From: the human T2T-CHM13v2.0 reference genome, Homo sapiens
DNA: 64,000 nt
Direction: 5' to 3' (one strand)
NCBI RefSeq assembly: GCF_009914755.1
Contig: NC_060935.1
A program made the translations under genes and the position numbers. This document shows positions 44,886 through 61,365 of this stretch, one piece after another. The notes below the pieces were generated by a model. The model searched no databases and was not told the DNA's origin. It saw only the letters and a program-made list of their open reading frames with translations. Each line of letters begins with the position of its first letter. The stretch's first letter is position 1.

Positions 44886-46151
44886 TGTATCCCTTAACAC
44901 TGTGACAACAGTTCTCAAAGTGCGGACCCCAGACCATCAAAATTAGCTTCATTTGTTAGAAATGCAGTCCGCAGTCCTCATCCCAGATCCCCTGAATGAG
45001 AAACGCTGGGTGGGGGCCCAGCAATCTTAGTCTAAGAAGACCCCCAGGTAAGTCTGATGCCCTCCAGTCGAAGATAAGACAAGAAAACCACCACCTTCAG
45101 TTACAGAAATCTGTTGTGATTGTTGACTCTCCAGTCTGAAAAGCGTGTTCTCGTGTCCTCACTCTAGCCTTTCAGGGAGGAAGAATTGCTCTCAAGTCCC
45201 ATTTTACTAGTTTAATCTGCCCTTAGCAAGATTGGAGGCAGCTGAGAGCCACTCGGTAAAACGCTGGCAGCCCCCAGGAGCTGGCAGTGGGAGACACGGG
45301 ATGACTGTTCCTTCCAAAATAAATGGAGGGTTTACAGAAGGCATACAGGATATGTGGCGTGCTGCTGTGACACACAATCAGTCCTAGCCAAACCAAGCCC
45401 TTACATTTGAGTACCAAAGTCTGGGTGAAATAACCACCTCATCCTGGTTTGGTTTTTTCCACTTTCAACATTGAAGAAGCCATGTCCCCAAAAACTTCTC
45501 AGTCCTGGTCAAACTGGGACAAGTCCTAGGCCTGGGATGTAAAAGGCCAGGCTTTCCTGCAAAGAGCAGGTAACATGGTGGCCGATCCCGCCCACAAGCA
45601 TCCACAGATGCTTCCTACAGGTGCTGGAATGAAGAGCTGGAAGCAGCCCAGTGCTCAGGGAGTCAAGGCATGGCTGGGTAAATACAAAGGCAGCTACCAC
45701 CCAGTGTGGGGCACCGCCAGTAGCATTCCCAGGAGCCCCGGGAGCTGCAGGGGTCACGGGGGCATCTGAGCCAGCAGTGCAGTGGCACATGGGCATCAGC
45801 CTGGATCCCGTACCCTGGGACAGTCCTCTGCCTTGAGTCACTGTGTTCCAGACCCGACGTCTCTCACTACAGCTGTCACTTGTCATGCCTCCCACTCTAC
45901 TTTCCACACCAGCTGCAGTTCTCTGGGTGGGGCTGAGCATCTGCGGTTCATTCACCCTTACAGCTTCTAGAAAGCCACACTGCAAACCCTATCGGCCAGA
46001 TGAGAGCTTCCCCAGATCTAAGCTTCTCTGTCTCCCCAGGGCTGCACCCTGAGATACACATGCAGAAAGGATTATTTCTATTTTTATTTTATACTATGTT
46101 ATTATGATATAAAACAAGATATATGTAATGTATATAAATGTTAGGGATGAC

Positions 46152-46736
46152 TTTTTTTTTTTTTTTTGAGACAGAGTCTGGCTGCGTTGCCCAGGCTGGA
46201 GTGCAGTGGAACCATCAAAGCTCGCCGTAGCCTTGACCTTCCAGGCTCAAGCAATCCTCCCACCTTAGTATCCTGAGTAGCTGGAACTACAAGCATGCAC
46301 CACCACACCTGGCTAATATTTTGTATTTTTAGTAGAAACAGGATTTCGCCATGTTGCGCGAGCTGGTCTCAAACCTCAGCCTTAGCTTCCCACAGTGCTG
46401 GGATTACAGGCCTGAACCATCACACCTGGCCTTATTTTTTTCTAACAGACAGAGCCTTGCTATGTCACTAGGCTGGACTGGAATGCAATGGCGTGATCAT
46501 AGCCCACTGCAGCTTCCACATCCTGGGGGCTCACATGATCCTCCCACCTCAGCCTCCCGAGTAGCTGAGACTACAGGTGCACAACACCATGCCTGGCTAA
46601 TTTTTTTTTTTTTTTTCTGTAGAGACAGAGTCTTGCCATATTACCCAGGCTGGTCCTGAACTCCTGGCCTCAAGCTAACCTCCCACCTCAGGCTCCCAAA
46701 TGCTGGGATTATAGGTGTAAGCCACCTCACCTGGCC
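46152..46736 (-). mobile_element. Two tandem AluJ-like elements
   Basis: Two Alu antisense copies. Confidence 0.85.
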
Positions 46737-48743
46737 TTGTTTCAATAAATAAGTTAATAACCTGCTACCCAGTATAAGACATCACATATTCTCCACACTT
46801 CCTGTTTAGATCTTCCTCCCAATGATATCCAGCACCCTAACATTTTGCTTAATAATTCTCTTGCTCTTTTTAGCACTTTTGCCACACCTGGATATATCCC
46901 TAGAGAAGACATTGGTTTTGCCTGATTTGGGGCTTTCTGCAAATAAAATAACCACCTCGTATGTTTTTCCTGTGGCCTGTTTATTGTATTCGTCCTCTGG
47001 TGGTGCACCCATGTTGATGTGTGTAGCTGTGGTTTGTTTTTCACTGCTGTATAGTATTCCTGGTTCCACTGGATGAAAATGTGGTCATTTGGGCCAAGGG
47101 ATATGTTTGGGTAGCAACAGAAAGCTGGAAAACGGTCCTGTGTGGATGATACCATGCTTTGCCTGGAGGGCTTGATGGGGTGTGCAGGTGGACCCTGAAC
47201 TGAATTTCGGGGGATCCGGGTGAAGCTGAACTCCCTCTGCTCCCCCTCATAGCACTCAGCCCCTTCCCTAAACACATATCAGTCAATTAACGTAAGTAAT
47301 TTGGGCTGAAGCTTGTTCCCCTGGGTGCCATGCGTCTTGGTCTAGTCCTGACGACATCACACGTACAATACTTAAGCATATATTTGCAGAAGTAATACGC
47401 ACACAAATCAAAACCACGAAACCTCTGGAAGGGTAGAGCATGAGAAAACAGCATCTTGCTCCCTCACTTGCACCCAGAATCCCAGCTCCTGTACCCCAAG
47501 TGAGCACGCAGCACATCCCATGAGTAGCCTGCACCTTTGAGCCTCTAGATTTCACCGCTGGTTTCTTGGTGCAAAGCAGGTTACTTCTGTGTGCACTGTG
47601 CTCCCCCTGGTGGCTGTTCCCTAGAGCACAATTCTCACGCCTCAGTCCCAAATCCAAGTTTCAGGAAGGAAATGGCTTCACACACTATTCCCTCTGACGC
47701 AAGGTTGGTACTTTCAGCCTTTCAACCTACCCCTCACATAATACCTAAGAATTTTGCAACATTTTTTAAAGTTCTTAAAACAGAATCGTAAAAGGGAGAG
47801 GCAGTTTTAATATGTACGTACTTAATTAAAACATCTAGTTCTGGGTCCTAAGGGGATGGGGAACGCAGTCTCTGTCCTATAGGAATGGTGAGCGTGTCTA
47901 GCGCAGGGGTTGGCAAACTGTGGCCCACAGGCCAAATCTGGCCAACCGACTGCTTTAGTAAATAAAGTTGTATTGGAACATGCTGATTTAATTCTGTGTT
48001 TATTGTCTGCGGTTGTTTTCTCGCTGCAATGGCAGAGGTGAGTAATCGCAGCAGAGACCTCCTGGCCTACAAAGCCCCAAATATTTACTCACTGGCCCTT
48101 TTCAGAATCAGTTTGCCCACTCCTGGTGGAGTGTTTCAATGGAGACACCTATGACAATGACGTATGATCAGTCTGGAAGGAAGCTTCCTCTTAGGATTTG
48201 ATTTTCCATTCATTCATCCCGAAACTGTTGCATACCTACTATGTGCCGGACGTTATTCTGGCCAGAAAAGATTCTTGATGTTGTTTTCCAACTTGGAGAG
48301 CTGTAGTATTTTCAGTGAGAACAGTAAGTCATACCAGTTACCAAGGTTGGTCATTCAGGCACAGATGCCCCCTGTATGCTGAACTGAAACTTATCTCAGG
48401 CCCCATCACCCCCTTTGCCTGCATCCCCTGATACTGTTGGAAGCCAACTCTGTCTTCTATGGAGGATATTGACAGTGAATTCCAGCTTGGTAGGACAGGG
48501 GAGGAAGGAGCGTGTTGGTAAGGTCTGGATCTGGCTACACTCTCGCTGTTAGTCTGGGCAGAGTCTAAATCGAGCAGTGGGAGTGTAGCCAGATCAAACC
48601 AGGTCAAGTCCCTAGACCTTGACTGGAGGCCGCCTCACTTTCAGCAGTGGTAGCCGGCTTGTGTCGCTGGCGAGAAATGCAAACGTTTGTGAATTTCAAA
48701 TATGTATATATATATATTTGTGCTCCAAAGGCAGAACACCCGC

Positions 48744-48966
48744 ATATGATTCTCCAGACACCGGGAGGCACTCGTCTCCCCTCTCACCTTTGCAATCCCC
48801 AGGTGAAGGGGCAGCACCTCTTGGCGTGATTCTCAAGGGGGTTTGTGTTTATTCAGCAATTTTTGGTCTTGCTCGGGGATGTTCTCACTTCCTATTTAAA
48901 AATTTAAAAAAAAAGATTCTGAAAGACTTAAACAGTGAAAACATTTAGGCCAAACCAGAGCTACTG

Positions 48967-48971
<5 letters not shown>
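48744..48971. repeat. Local duplication, copy 1 (~228 bp)
   Basis: About 95% identical by eye to 50233-50462. Confidence 0.93.
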
Positions 48972-49019
<48 letters not shown>

Positions 49020-49068
49020 ATGTGTGTGTGTATATATATATATATATATAATGTATATATATATATAT
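48970..49068. repeat. Compound (CA)n(TA)n(TG)n(TA)n microsatellite
   Basis: Direct inspection. Confidence 0.95.
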
Positions 49069-49815
49069 GCAGGAACAGAAAGCCAAATACCACATGTTCT
49101 CAGTTATAAGAGAGAGCTAAGCATTGAGTACACATGGACACAAAGAGGGGAACAATGAAGGGTGGGGCCCCCTTGAGGGTGGAGGACGGGAGGAGGGTGA
49201 GGATCAAAAAACTACCTATCAAGTACTATGCTTATTACCTGGATGATGAAATAATCTGTACCCCAAGCCCCTGCGACATGCAATTTACCCATGTAAATAT
49301 ATATATACCTATATATACATATGTGTATTTGGAAGAAAATACCAACCTGCTTTTCATTCACCAGGTGGCCGCACACAATGCATGGTTGGGCCTTCCCCTT
49401 AATAAACATACCTGGATAAAGAAAATCTGGTGCATATACACCATGGAATACTATGCAGCCATGAAAAGGAATGAGATTATGTCCTTTGCAGGGACATGGA
49501 TGGAGCTGGAAGCCATTATCCTCAGCAAACTAACACAAGAACAGAAAACCAAGCACTGCATGTTCTCACTTATCAGTGAGAGCTGAACAATGAGAACACA
49601 TGGACACAAGGAGGGGAGTAACACACACTGGTGCCTGTCAGGGGGTGGGGTGGGGGAACGGAGAGCATCAGGATAAATAGCTAATGCACGTGGGGCTTAA
49701 TAACAAGGTGATGGGTTGATAGGTGCAACACACCACCGTGGCATACGTTTACCTATGTGACAAACCTGCACGTCCTGCACATGTACCCAGGAACTTAAAA
49801 TTAAAATTTAAATTA
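49069..49815 (+). mobile_element. Two L1 3'-end fragments (L1PA/PB-like), ~49069-49300 and ~49410-49815
   Basis: cacatgttctca..ataag; aaaatctggtgcatatacaccatggaatactatgcagccat...acctgcacgtcctgcacatgtaccc. Confidence 0.85.
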
Positions 49816-50232
49816 AAAAAACACACACACACAGCCTTGGTTTAAATGTGGCCTTGCTGGTCTGTGTCAGACATGTTACAGAAACCCATCCCTCTCCTAA
49901 GAGTTCTGCCAGGACCCCTGGCTCCAGGACTTTGCAGCCTGCTTTTGAGCACATGCCCACAGAAATTACTGAATTCCAGTAACATCAAGAATCTTTTCTG
50001 GCCAGAATAAAGTCTGGCACATAGTAGGTATGCAACAGTTTTGGGATGAATGAATGGAAAATCAAATCCCTTTTAGAATGGAACAAGATCACAGAACTAA
50101 TTCGGTTCCATTTTCACCTACAAGGAAAGCTTTTTTAGTAGCCGGAGGAAGAGGTAAAAAGTAGCATCAAGAGAACATGTAAAACCACTAACTTTCACTC
50201 AGGAGAAACTTAAAACTCCCAGAGCAACCCCT

Positions 50233-50462
50233 ATATGATTCTCCAGACACCGGGAGGCACTCGCCTCCTCTCTCACCTTTGCAATCCCCAGGTGAAGAGA
50301 TAGCACCTGTCGGCGTGATTCTCAAGGGGGTTTGTGTTTATTCAGCAATTGTTGGTCTTGCTCGGGGATGTTCTCACTTCCTATTTAAAAATTAAAAAAA
50401 AAAAAGATTCTGAAAGACTTAAACAGTGAAAACATCTAGGCCAAACCAGAGCTACTGAAACA
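50233..50462. repeat. Local duplication, copy 2 (~230 bp)
   Basis: About 95% identical by eye to 48744-48971. Confidence 0.93.
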
Positions 50463-51660
50463 AAGAACTCTTTGAAAATCACCTATAATGCAACCCACCC
50501 ACAACCCTTCTGCTCTTTTCATTAGAGAATGAATCATTCCCTATAACTGAATAATCCGGTTAACAAAAACTAAGTAGAGCAGGATGTTTTTAAATGCACC
50601 AAGATCTCTAAAGGGCATTACAAAACTTCCTGCCTTCCTGAGCAGGGATGCTGGGTGTCAGGTGGCCTCTTCTGGGTAGCTCAGGCCACCATCATGCGCA
50701 ATAATGGCAATGTGCTGTAACACAGCCGTGATCTTAGGGGCCCCGCCCTGTGTGGGCATCAGTCCCTGGCAGCAGCAGCCCCAGAATATTACCTTTTTGC
50801 TTTTATGCTCGTGTTTCTACTTTATCTATCACCATCCTTATGGTTGTTTTGGAGTGTGTGACCTTCCAGCGATCTGTCCTACCAAGGACAACAGCGGCCC
50901 TAAGACTTTTGCCGGGATGGCCAAGAAACTGGGAGGCTGAAGAGAGCTCGAAGTATGGAGCATCCCTGCCCTCAGCTGTGAGCAGGGGAGGCGTGGGAGG
51001 TATCCTGGGGATACTGGAGAGGTAGCCACATGTGTGGAGCAGGCAGAAGGAGGGTCCAGGTCGTCTGGCTGGGACAAGGCAAGGGCAGAGGAAGGTGCAG
51101 CTCACTTACATGGGCGGGACATTTACCTGGGCTGAAACGACAGCAATAGGCAGCTGTAGAAGGACACGGGGCAGCTCAGCGTGGAGACGCCGCACATTTC
51201 AACCTGACAGTTGAGGCTGTGCAAACAGAAGGTAGTCAGGACTGCTGAAGCCTGACTGAGAGGCATGATGGCACTGTCTCTGCCAGTCGGCAAGTGAACG
51301 CAGAGGGCCTCCGTGGAGTCGTTCACGTGAAAACAAATCTCAGATGGAATCTTGCTGTGTTGCCCAGGCCGTACACAAACTCCTGGCCTCAAGCGATTCT
51401 CCTGCCTCAGCCTCCCCAGTAGCTGGGACTATGGGTGCCCGCCACCACACCCTGCTGGAGTAGTGGACTTTAACATCCTCACTTCCATATGTCAGGGACC
51501 AGTTCCTAATGCCACCTCCGTGAACATCACGTGATGGCCAACCAGATGTTGACTGTCATCACTGGGACTCAACTGGGAAACCCTCTTTTTCCTCCAAATT
51601 TGCTGCTCTAGGTGCTAAGGGTCTGTAGGACAGAGCTTTGGGACTGTTAGAATTCTATCA

Positions 51661-52341
<681 letters not shown>

Positions 52342-53049
52342 TTAACAGCTTCGTGCTTCAGCACAAGGACTCTAGTGCTGGGCAATAAGGATGCTGGCTC
52401 TGCACTTGCTGTGAACTGGACAAAATTGAGACTTGGCACTGCTGTTCCCTCCTTGTTAAGTGGGACCAATGGCAAGCATGAGGCCTACCTATCTCAGGGA
52501 GTCTGAGTCACTGTACAGCAAGGTCTGAGATGAGGGCCTCGCCTTTGTTCAGGGGGCAGTAAATGCTGGTCACCACCAGGGGCCTGATTTTCAAGCTCCC
52601 ACTTTTGTCGTCTGATCAGGGGCTTTTCCCCCATCAGCTTCTTCTGCACCCAGAGGGTATCTACAAAAGCCACTGCAGCCGCTGCCCTCCCATCAGCACC
52701 TCCCTCCAGGAGACCCCCTTACAGCTTTCTTGTTGCAGGCCCCTGTCCACACCTGTGGTTCTTGTCCCAGCCCAGCCTCATCCTCTGCAGGTGCATTTGC
52801 ATGAGCTGCCTGGCTTTCTTCCTTTCCTAATGAAAAGATATCATCTACAGACACGAAATGCATTCATTTCAGGTGCAGAGGGATGACTCACATTTGCCTA
52901 CTCCTGAGTAACTGGACCAGGGCCTAGAATATTTCATGTGCCCTCAAGGCAGCACCCTGTTCCCTTCCAGCTAGGTTACCCCACCCAGCTCCACGGTCCC
53001 TGGAGGTAACCACGCTTCTGTCTTTAATTATAATAGTAAATCCTTCCTG

Positions 53050-55420
53050 CTCTTGGCCACCATATGGAGGGACTCATGCAGTACACACAGTCTCAGGTCT
53101 GCTTCCTTCGCTCAACATCCTGTGTGCAGACTCAGCCATGCTGCTGGATGTAGCCATTGCTGCTTTCTTGGTTTCTTTCCATTGCCATTCATTTTTTCAC
53201 TGTGTAGCTGTACTTCAAATTATTCATTCTACTGCTGATTGATATTTGGGCTATTGCCAACTGTTTCTTTTTTCTTTTTTTTTTTTTTTTAGCTATTTAC
53301 AATTAATGTCACTATGAACATTCTTGCACGTGTCTTCTGGTGAGCATCCCTGGGAACACTCCCAGGAGTAGGGTTGTTGGCTGATAGGGTACACGAACGC
53401 TTGGCTTTAAGAGATGCTGCCAAACAATCTCCCCAAGGGGTTGTTCCCATGTGCACCCCATCAGCAACCAGAGAACACATCTCTACAACAGACAGGCTTC
53501 TCAGCCTTTTTCTTTGCCATTCTGGTGGAGATGCAGTAGCTCCTGGTGGTTTTAATTTGCATTTTCCCGATGACTAATGATGTTGAACATATTTTCACAT
53601 ACATTGGTCATTTTGTCCAAGCCTCTTTCTCATCTTAAAAGCATCAGTGTGCCAGTCATTTTCTCCATGATTTGTATGAGCCCCTTATATTAGGTTGGTG
53701 CCAAAGTAGCTGCAGTTTTTGTCATTGAAATAGCAAAAGCCACAATTGCTTTTGTACCATCATAATATAATGTGGACTTGAGTCCTCCAGAGGATGAAAG
53801 TGTCATTGCAAATAACTTTCCCCTCTTGGTGAATTGCCTTTTCATTCTTGTAGCATTTTCTTTTGATGAAGAGAAGTTCAATTTCATCAATGTCCACTTT
53901 TTTTCCTTTTTTTTTTTTTTGTGGTTAGTGCCTTTTATCATCCTGTTTAAAAATCTTTGCCTAACCAAGATCATTTTCGTATATATTTTTTAAAGACTTT
54001 ATTGGTTTGCTTTTTCCATGTAGGTTAATAATACATTTCAGTTTTGTAAATGATGCGAGTTGGAGTCAAAATTCATTTTTCTCTGTTTGGGTATCTATAT
54101 GACTCAAAAGTTCTTATTGTTTTTTTAACTGCTAATTTTTTCATTGAAAAGATTCTTCATTTCTCACTTGGTTGAAATGGTGCTGTATCACCAGTCCGAT
54201 ATGTAACCAGTATGTAAACACATCACCAATATGTAAACGTGGCACACCCATTTATTTATTTAGCTCTTCTTTAATTTCTCTCAGAAATAATTGTGGTTTC
54301 CAAAATACAGCAAGTCTTCCATATTTTTAATTAAAATTTCATTCTAAGTCTGCTGTGTTTTCAACACAGTAAATGTTATTGAAAAATTGATATGTTTACT
54401 TTTTTGCAAGAATAGAAATAAAATAGATTTTTGATATTGACCGTGTATCCTGCAACCTCACTAAATTCACTTATTAGTTCTAGTAGCTTTTTTTGTAGAC
54501 TTCTTAGGATTTTCTGCATAACTATTGTGGGGACGGTCAAGACCACCCTCAGGTCTGATGATTCACTAAGAAGGCTCAGGAAACTGCAGCTTCCAGGGAA
54601 AGGATAAAAGCCAAAATCAGCAGAGGGAAAAGGTGCATGAGAGTAGAGTCTGGGGGAGACCAGGCATAAACTTCAAAGGGTCTCTCCCAGTGGGGTCATG
54701 CAGGACATGCTTAATTTTCCCAGCAACAAGTTGTGACAATACATGTGACATGTTACCAATCAGGGAAGCTCATTTGAGATTAAGCAGCCAGGACTTTTCA
54801 GGAGTGCTGGCCTTATACCGTATCCAGCCTTTGCTTGGCATGTGTCAAAATTCTAGACCTCCAGAAGGAAAGCAAGTGAACCAAAAGGCATACTATTTGT
54901 ACAACAGTCTAGGCACAGTGACCTGCTCTTATCAATTAGAGTGGTGAGAACCCTACCCAAAACTAAATTCCCAGATGCCACTCAAGGGCCTACCTTGCAG
55001 GCAGGCCTTTCCAAACATAGTAGTTAGGGCCTGTTGTGTTAACTCTTTCCTTCATAAAAATCTTGTGAATTGTGCTAATTTACTTATTTCTTCCCAATCT
55101 ATGTCTTTTCAAATCTTTTTCTTGCCTTGTTGCAATCTCTAGGATCTCTAATGTAATTTGGAAGAAGTGGCAGTGAAAATTCTTGCCATGTTCTTGATCT
55201 TATGATGAGAGAATCCAATATCTCATCATTAAATATGAAGTTAGCTGTAGGTTTTCTATGGATGTCTTTGCGTTTTTATTATGAATTAGTGTCCTTTTTT
55301 CTCCATCTATTTCATATAATAAAGTGGTTTTTCTTCCTTATTAAGTTAATGTGATTCATCATCAGTTGACTGCCCTATTCTTTTTGAGAGCTTTATAACA
55401 TTCCATCATGTGGATGCACT
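53050..55420 (-). mobile_element. Old L1M fragments interrupted by a MADE1 (~53688-53768) and a MER21-like LTR (~54527-55050)
   Basis: L1-like gttttaatttgcattttc...; taggttggtgccaaag; caagaccaccctcaggtctgatgattcacta. Confidence 0.65.
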
Positions 55421-57074
55421 TAATTAAACAGTCACCTCTTGATTTGCATAACTTGTTCCCGATCTTTTCACGGTTTTTTTGCACAGGACACTGCAATGCA
55501 CAGCCTTGAACTTGCAGCCATTTCGCACATGGCAGGATATAACTGTGAGGACACTCCTAACAGTGGGATGTGTGGGCATAGGACCACCACACCCTGGAGA
55601 TCTTAGTGTATTCCAAGGTACAGAGGGCCGTGGTGACCCTCCCTGCAGCTCCCTGCAGCTCCCTGCAGTCCTGTCCAGGGGGAAACAGCCCAGATGGTTC
55701 TGCAGACGCCTTTGCTGCCCTCCCCAGGGTCATCTCCAAGTCTTAAAGGGAAGGCAGCTCTTCCTGCCTCTACTCAGCCTCCACAGCAGCATTTCTCATC
55801 TGCAAGGCAAGTCAAGAATTCTTTCTCAAGACAGAGTGGAGTTCACTCCCAGTTAAAGAAAAAAATAATAACCATGTAATTCAAATGCCTCCCGCCTCCT
55901 CCTCACTTATCTAAGTCTGTAGCCTTCCAAGTGTGCTCAGGGGTAGGAAGAAGTGAGCCAACAACAAGGAAACCAGTTCCAGAATTGGCACTTCCATTGC
56001 AGCTAAGTGTTGCAAACAGTTCTGCAACTGAAATCCCTGGCCAGAAAGCTTGGCGGTCGATGTCTTGATGATCCTGGCTGTGGGGATTTGCATCAGTAGT
56101 TCTAACTGGGCTTTGACTGAGGTGGAGCAGTGCCAGAGGCCCAGGGAGGTGGCGGGCATGGCTATTGCTGTGTCAATATGGGAGGCTGCAGCAAGAGAGG
56201 TCTGACAGTCCACAGGGCGGCTGAGGCCCTCAGAACGACCCTGGCTTTTATTCTGAGCAACATGAGAAGACCTTGGAAAGTTCTGAGCAGTGGAGTGACA
56301 GCATGTGACTCACATTTTGATGGGATAGTCTGGCTGTTGAGCCGAGAACAGACTGGGGGCGGGGGCAGGAGGCAGGGAGACATGCGATGAGGCTAAGAGA
56401 GGACAGAGCCTGGGACGGGGGCACCCGGTAGATGGAAAGCGGTCAGATCCTGGACATTTCATGGGCACAGCCACAGGCTTGCCCTCTGATGGAACGTGGC
56501 GTGAGGGAGGGGAGTCAGGGATGATACCTGGTTTTCGGTTAGAGCAACTGACATTTATGGGAAAAGGTCAGTACTGATTGAGGGGGTGAAGTCGAGTAAC
56601 CTTTCAGATGCTGAGTGAGGTGTAGAGGGAGCATGTGGACTCATGAGCGGCGTTCAGGACAAAGGCATGGCTGGAGATGAAACCTTGGAGTCACCAAGCC
56701 GTGGAGGTGTTTAAAGCTGTGAGCCAGGTGGACTTGCCTGGTACTTGCCTCTTGCTAACAGCCATCTTGCAGCTTCCCTGTGTGTCCAGGTGACCACACT
56801 CACCCTGTGCAAACCCCCACCCCTGACCACTTCCTGGAACAACAAAGAGCTGGTCCACGTCTGTGGCTCATTGTTGAATTTGAGGCATTGAGTTTCCAAA
56901 AGCCAGACCCATCCCGTCCCCAGCTCCCAGTCACTGCGGTCTTGGTCTTCCCAGGTAACATCCAGATTTCCTAACAGATTTGGAGACCAAGGTTTGGGAA
57001 AGGGGCAAGAGTGGATCTGTGAGCTGAGGAGGCACTCAGGGAGAATAATCTGCCCATCCTGATGAAATAAACAC

Positions 57075-58382
<1,308 letters not shown>

Positions 58383-58784
58383 TGACGCCCACCTCTGACA
58401 GTACTCCAGACAAGAAGGGCTGACTCTTGCTCCTGAAACAGCCCTCCCTGCAGGCAACGTGGTGAAACCAAGCCCAGTCGGCCCTCGGTGGCACCAGTGC
58501 CTGCGTGGAAACCCCCCTCCTGGCCAGAAGTCCTCCTCCTCCTCCTTGGCCTGCTTAGGGCAGGAAGGTCTAGTTTATTAAAAACAAATGCATTGTATCT
58601 GTCCAGGTGCAAGCAGCCTTCCTCACCACTACTATAATCCTGCAGAAGTGTTACTGAAAAATAACATTTATCAAAAATACAGAAAAAAACCACTATCTAT
58701 TACCTCCGCTATGCAGCTATGAATAGCATTAATGTTTATGTTTTGGTATATATCCTTTTATGTATATATTTCATATGAAAACTT

Positions 58785-59078
58785 TATTTTTTTTGAGACA
58801 GGGTCTTGCTCTGTTGGCCCAGGCTGGAGTGCAATGGCACAATCACGGTCCACTACAGCCTCAACCTCCCCAGGCTCAGGTGATCCTCCTGCCTCAGCCT
58901 CCTGAATAGCTGGGACTACAAGCATGTGCCACCATGCCCAACTAATTTTTTAATTGTTTTTACAGAGATGGGGTTTCGCCATGTTGCCCTGGATGGTTTC
59001 AAACTCCTGAACTCAAGTGATCTGCCCACATTGGCCTCCCAAAGTGCTGGGATTACAGGCGTGAGCCACTGCGCCCAG
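58785..59078 (-). mobile_element. AluJ-like
   Basis: Alu antisense; gaaaacttta on both flanks. Confidence 0.87.
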
Positions 59079-61365
59079 CAGAAAACTTTATTATCTACCA
59101 TACTTGCACCAACATTGTTATTGAAACATATTCCTCCTCCCTTGATTTCTTCAGGGTAAATTTCTTGACGTGAAGGAACAGAACTCCTACGTACTGTTTA
59201 GGAGAACACTGGCTTCTTGTTGACCTTGGTGATGCTGGGAGTTACTGCTGCAATAAAGTTTGCCAATGTGATCAAGTTTGCCAAAGGATCACGTGATGTT
59301 AACTTTCCTCCCTCTAATTACTAGGGAAATTGAACAGCTTTTCAGATCTTCATTGGTCATTTATATTTTTTAATGGTATTTTCAATTGACAATAATTGTT
59401 TATATTTATGGGGTACAATGTGATGTTTTGATACATGTGTAAATTGCAGAATGAGTAAATCAAGCTAATTAACATATCCATAACTTCACCTGTGTATTTT
59501 TGTGGGCATAGTGAGAACACTGAAAATTTACTCTTAGCAATTTTGAAATATATAATACATTCCGAACTATGGTCACCCACCATGCTGTGCCACAGATCTC
59601 AGAAACTTATTCTCCTGTCTAACCCAAACATTGTACTCTGTGACCTACATTGCCCCTTTACCTCTCCTCCTTAGGTTTAAATTTGGCCTCTACCAGTTGC
59701 TAGTTCTGTCATTTGGGGTGAGTTGCTTTAAACCCCAGGCCTCAGTTTCCCAAGAAATCAGCTGTGCCATCAAAGACAGTGCCTGCAATCTGCGCAGCTC
59801 CTCCCAGGACAGAGATATGTGCTGAGCAATTGATTGTTAAATGTGGACCAGAAAGCAGATCTGCTGGAGCCAACAGCAAGCAGGGTGGTTTCTGAGAAAG
59901 GCCTCACCTCGCTTTCGAAGGCTGAGGTTGGAGAGGGTGGGGTGTATCAGGATTGAATCTACTCATGGGAAAACAGCCTCTCTGAATGTGCCCACTGGAT
60001 TCCTGCCCTGACCCTGTCCTGGGGTACTGGATGCCTGCCCCTTATCAGAGGGCAGTGCCATGCCCTGTAAAGCACAGTTCAGATGGCCCTGGCAATTGGT
60101 CCGAGCCGTCCTTCATTCTGGAAGGGGGCAAAGGCCAGGCCAGCTTCCCAGGGATCAGGCACTGTGGCTTCACTGGGAACAGAATGCTCTCTGTACATGG
60201 AGAATGGTAGAGGCTGGCACTGTCTAATCTGAGCTCCTGGATCACCCTGTTCTCGCCCAGAGAGAAGCTGGCTCCATCTGGGGATGAGTGAGGGCAGACG
60301 TGTCTGGTGGGACAGAGCCTGGGCCACAGCCTTGCACCTGCAGAACCCATTGTACAAACACACAGTGCATGGAAGAGGAACCTGCAGCCCAGCACAAAGC
60401 TGCTCAAACAGAAACCAAACCAAAAGCTAACCTCAGCCAATTCAGAGGCAGGTCCACATCTGAACCAAGAGCTCTCCCAGCAAATTGGCCTGGAAAGCCC
60501 TTCTCACATCAAGGCAGGAAGATAATAATGACCCTCATCTTTCAAAAGAGGAAGCTGAGACACTGAGAGGGTAGGTCCCCTGAAGGTCATACAGCTCTTA
60601 AATGCTGGGGCCAGGATTCCAACGCAGGCAGGGAGGCCCGGATCTGAGCTCACAGTGACCACACCCCAGCCTCTGTGAACTGAATTTACGCAATGTCTGG
60701 GAAGAAAAGGCAGGGTCCACTCCGCTCAGAGCCATGCAGGGCAGTGTGCTCCCGTCTCCCCGGCATTTGAATCACTCTTGTGGTGTGTGTCCAGCACAGA
60801 TGCGCGGGACCCCTCAGGCCCATATCCTCAAACAGGTAGTGGTGGGGCACCAGTGCACGAACACTAGGGCTCAGCAGTCAGCCTGGGCGGGTCACAGTTC
60901 CGATACCCTCCAGGCTGTCTGGGAGGCGGCCTGGCTGTGGGACCAGTTCTCATGTGAAGCAATGAAGCCACTCTGAGCTTGGCCCCCTGCCCTGGCATGG
61001 GCACTGGGCTGCCTGTGTGAAACTCTTGTTTCTCCAGGTGCAAGACAAACCTGGCACTCTTTCTGGCTTCTCCATTCACTTGCCGGGGGCAGGTGGCCAA
61101 GCCTGGTTTCATCTCCTTGGGGGGGAATGGAATACTCTCCACATTCAACCCAAAAACAGCCCCAGCAAAGGGCTGACATGGGAGGGAGAGGGGCAGGGTG
61201 GCGCCACGCACCCACGGGCACCCAATGCTTTGACGCCGAGACCCAAGCATCTCTCTCAGACATCCCTTCTCATACCAGAAACAGAGCCCACGTATACCAG
61301 TCAGACCTGCAGTCAGGCCCATTCACGAGTCAGGCCCATTCACCAGTCAGAAACCACACAGCCAC

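Noticed and set aside
49134-49586. 150-aa ORF with WIKKIWCIYTMEYYAAMKRNE
   Set aside because: Degenerate L1 ORF2 C-terminus/3' UTR fragment, not a host gene.
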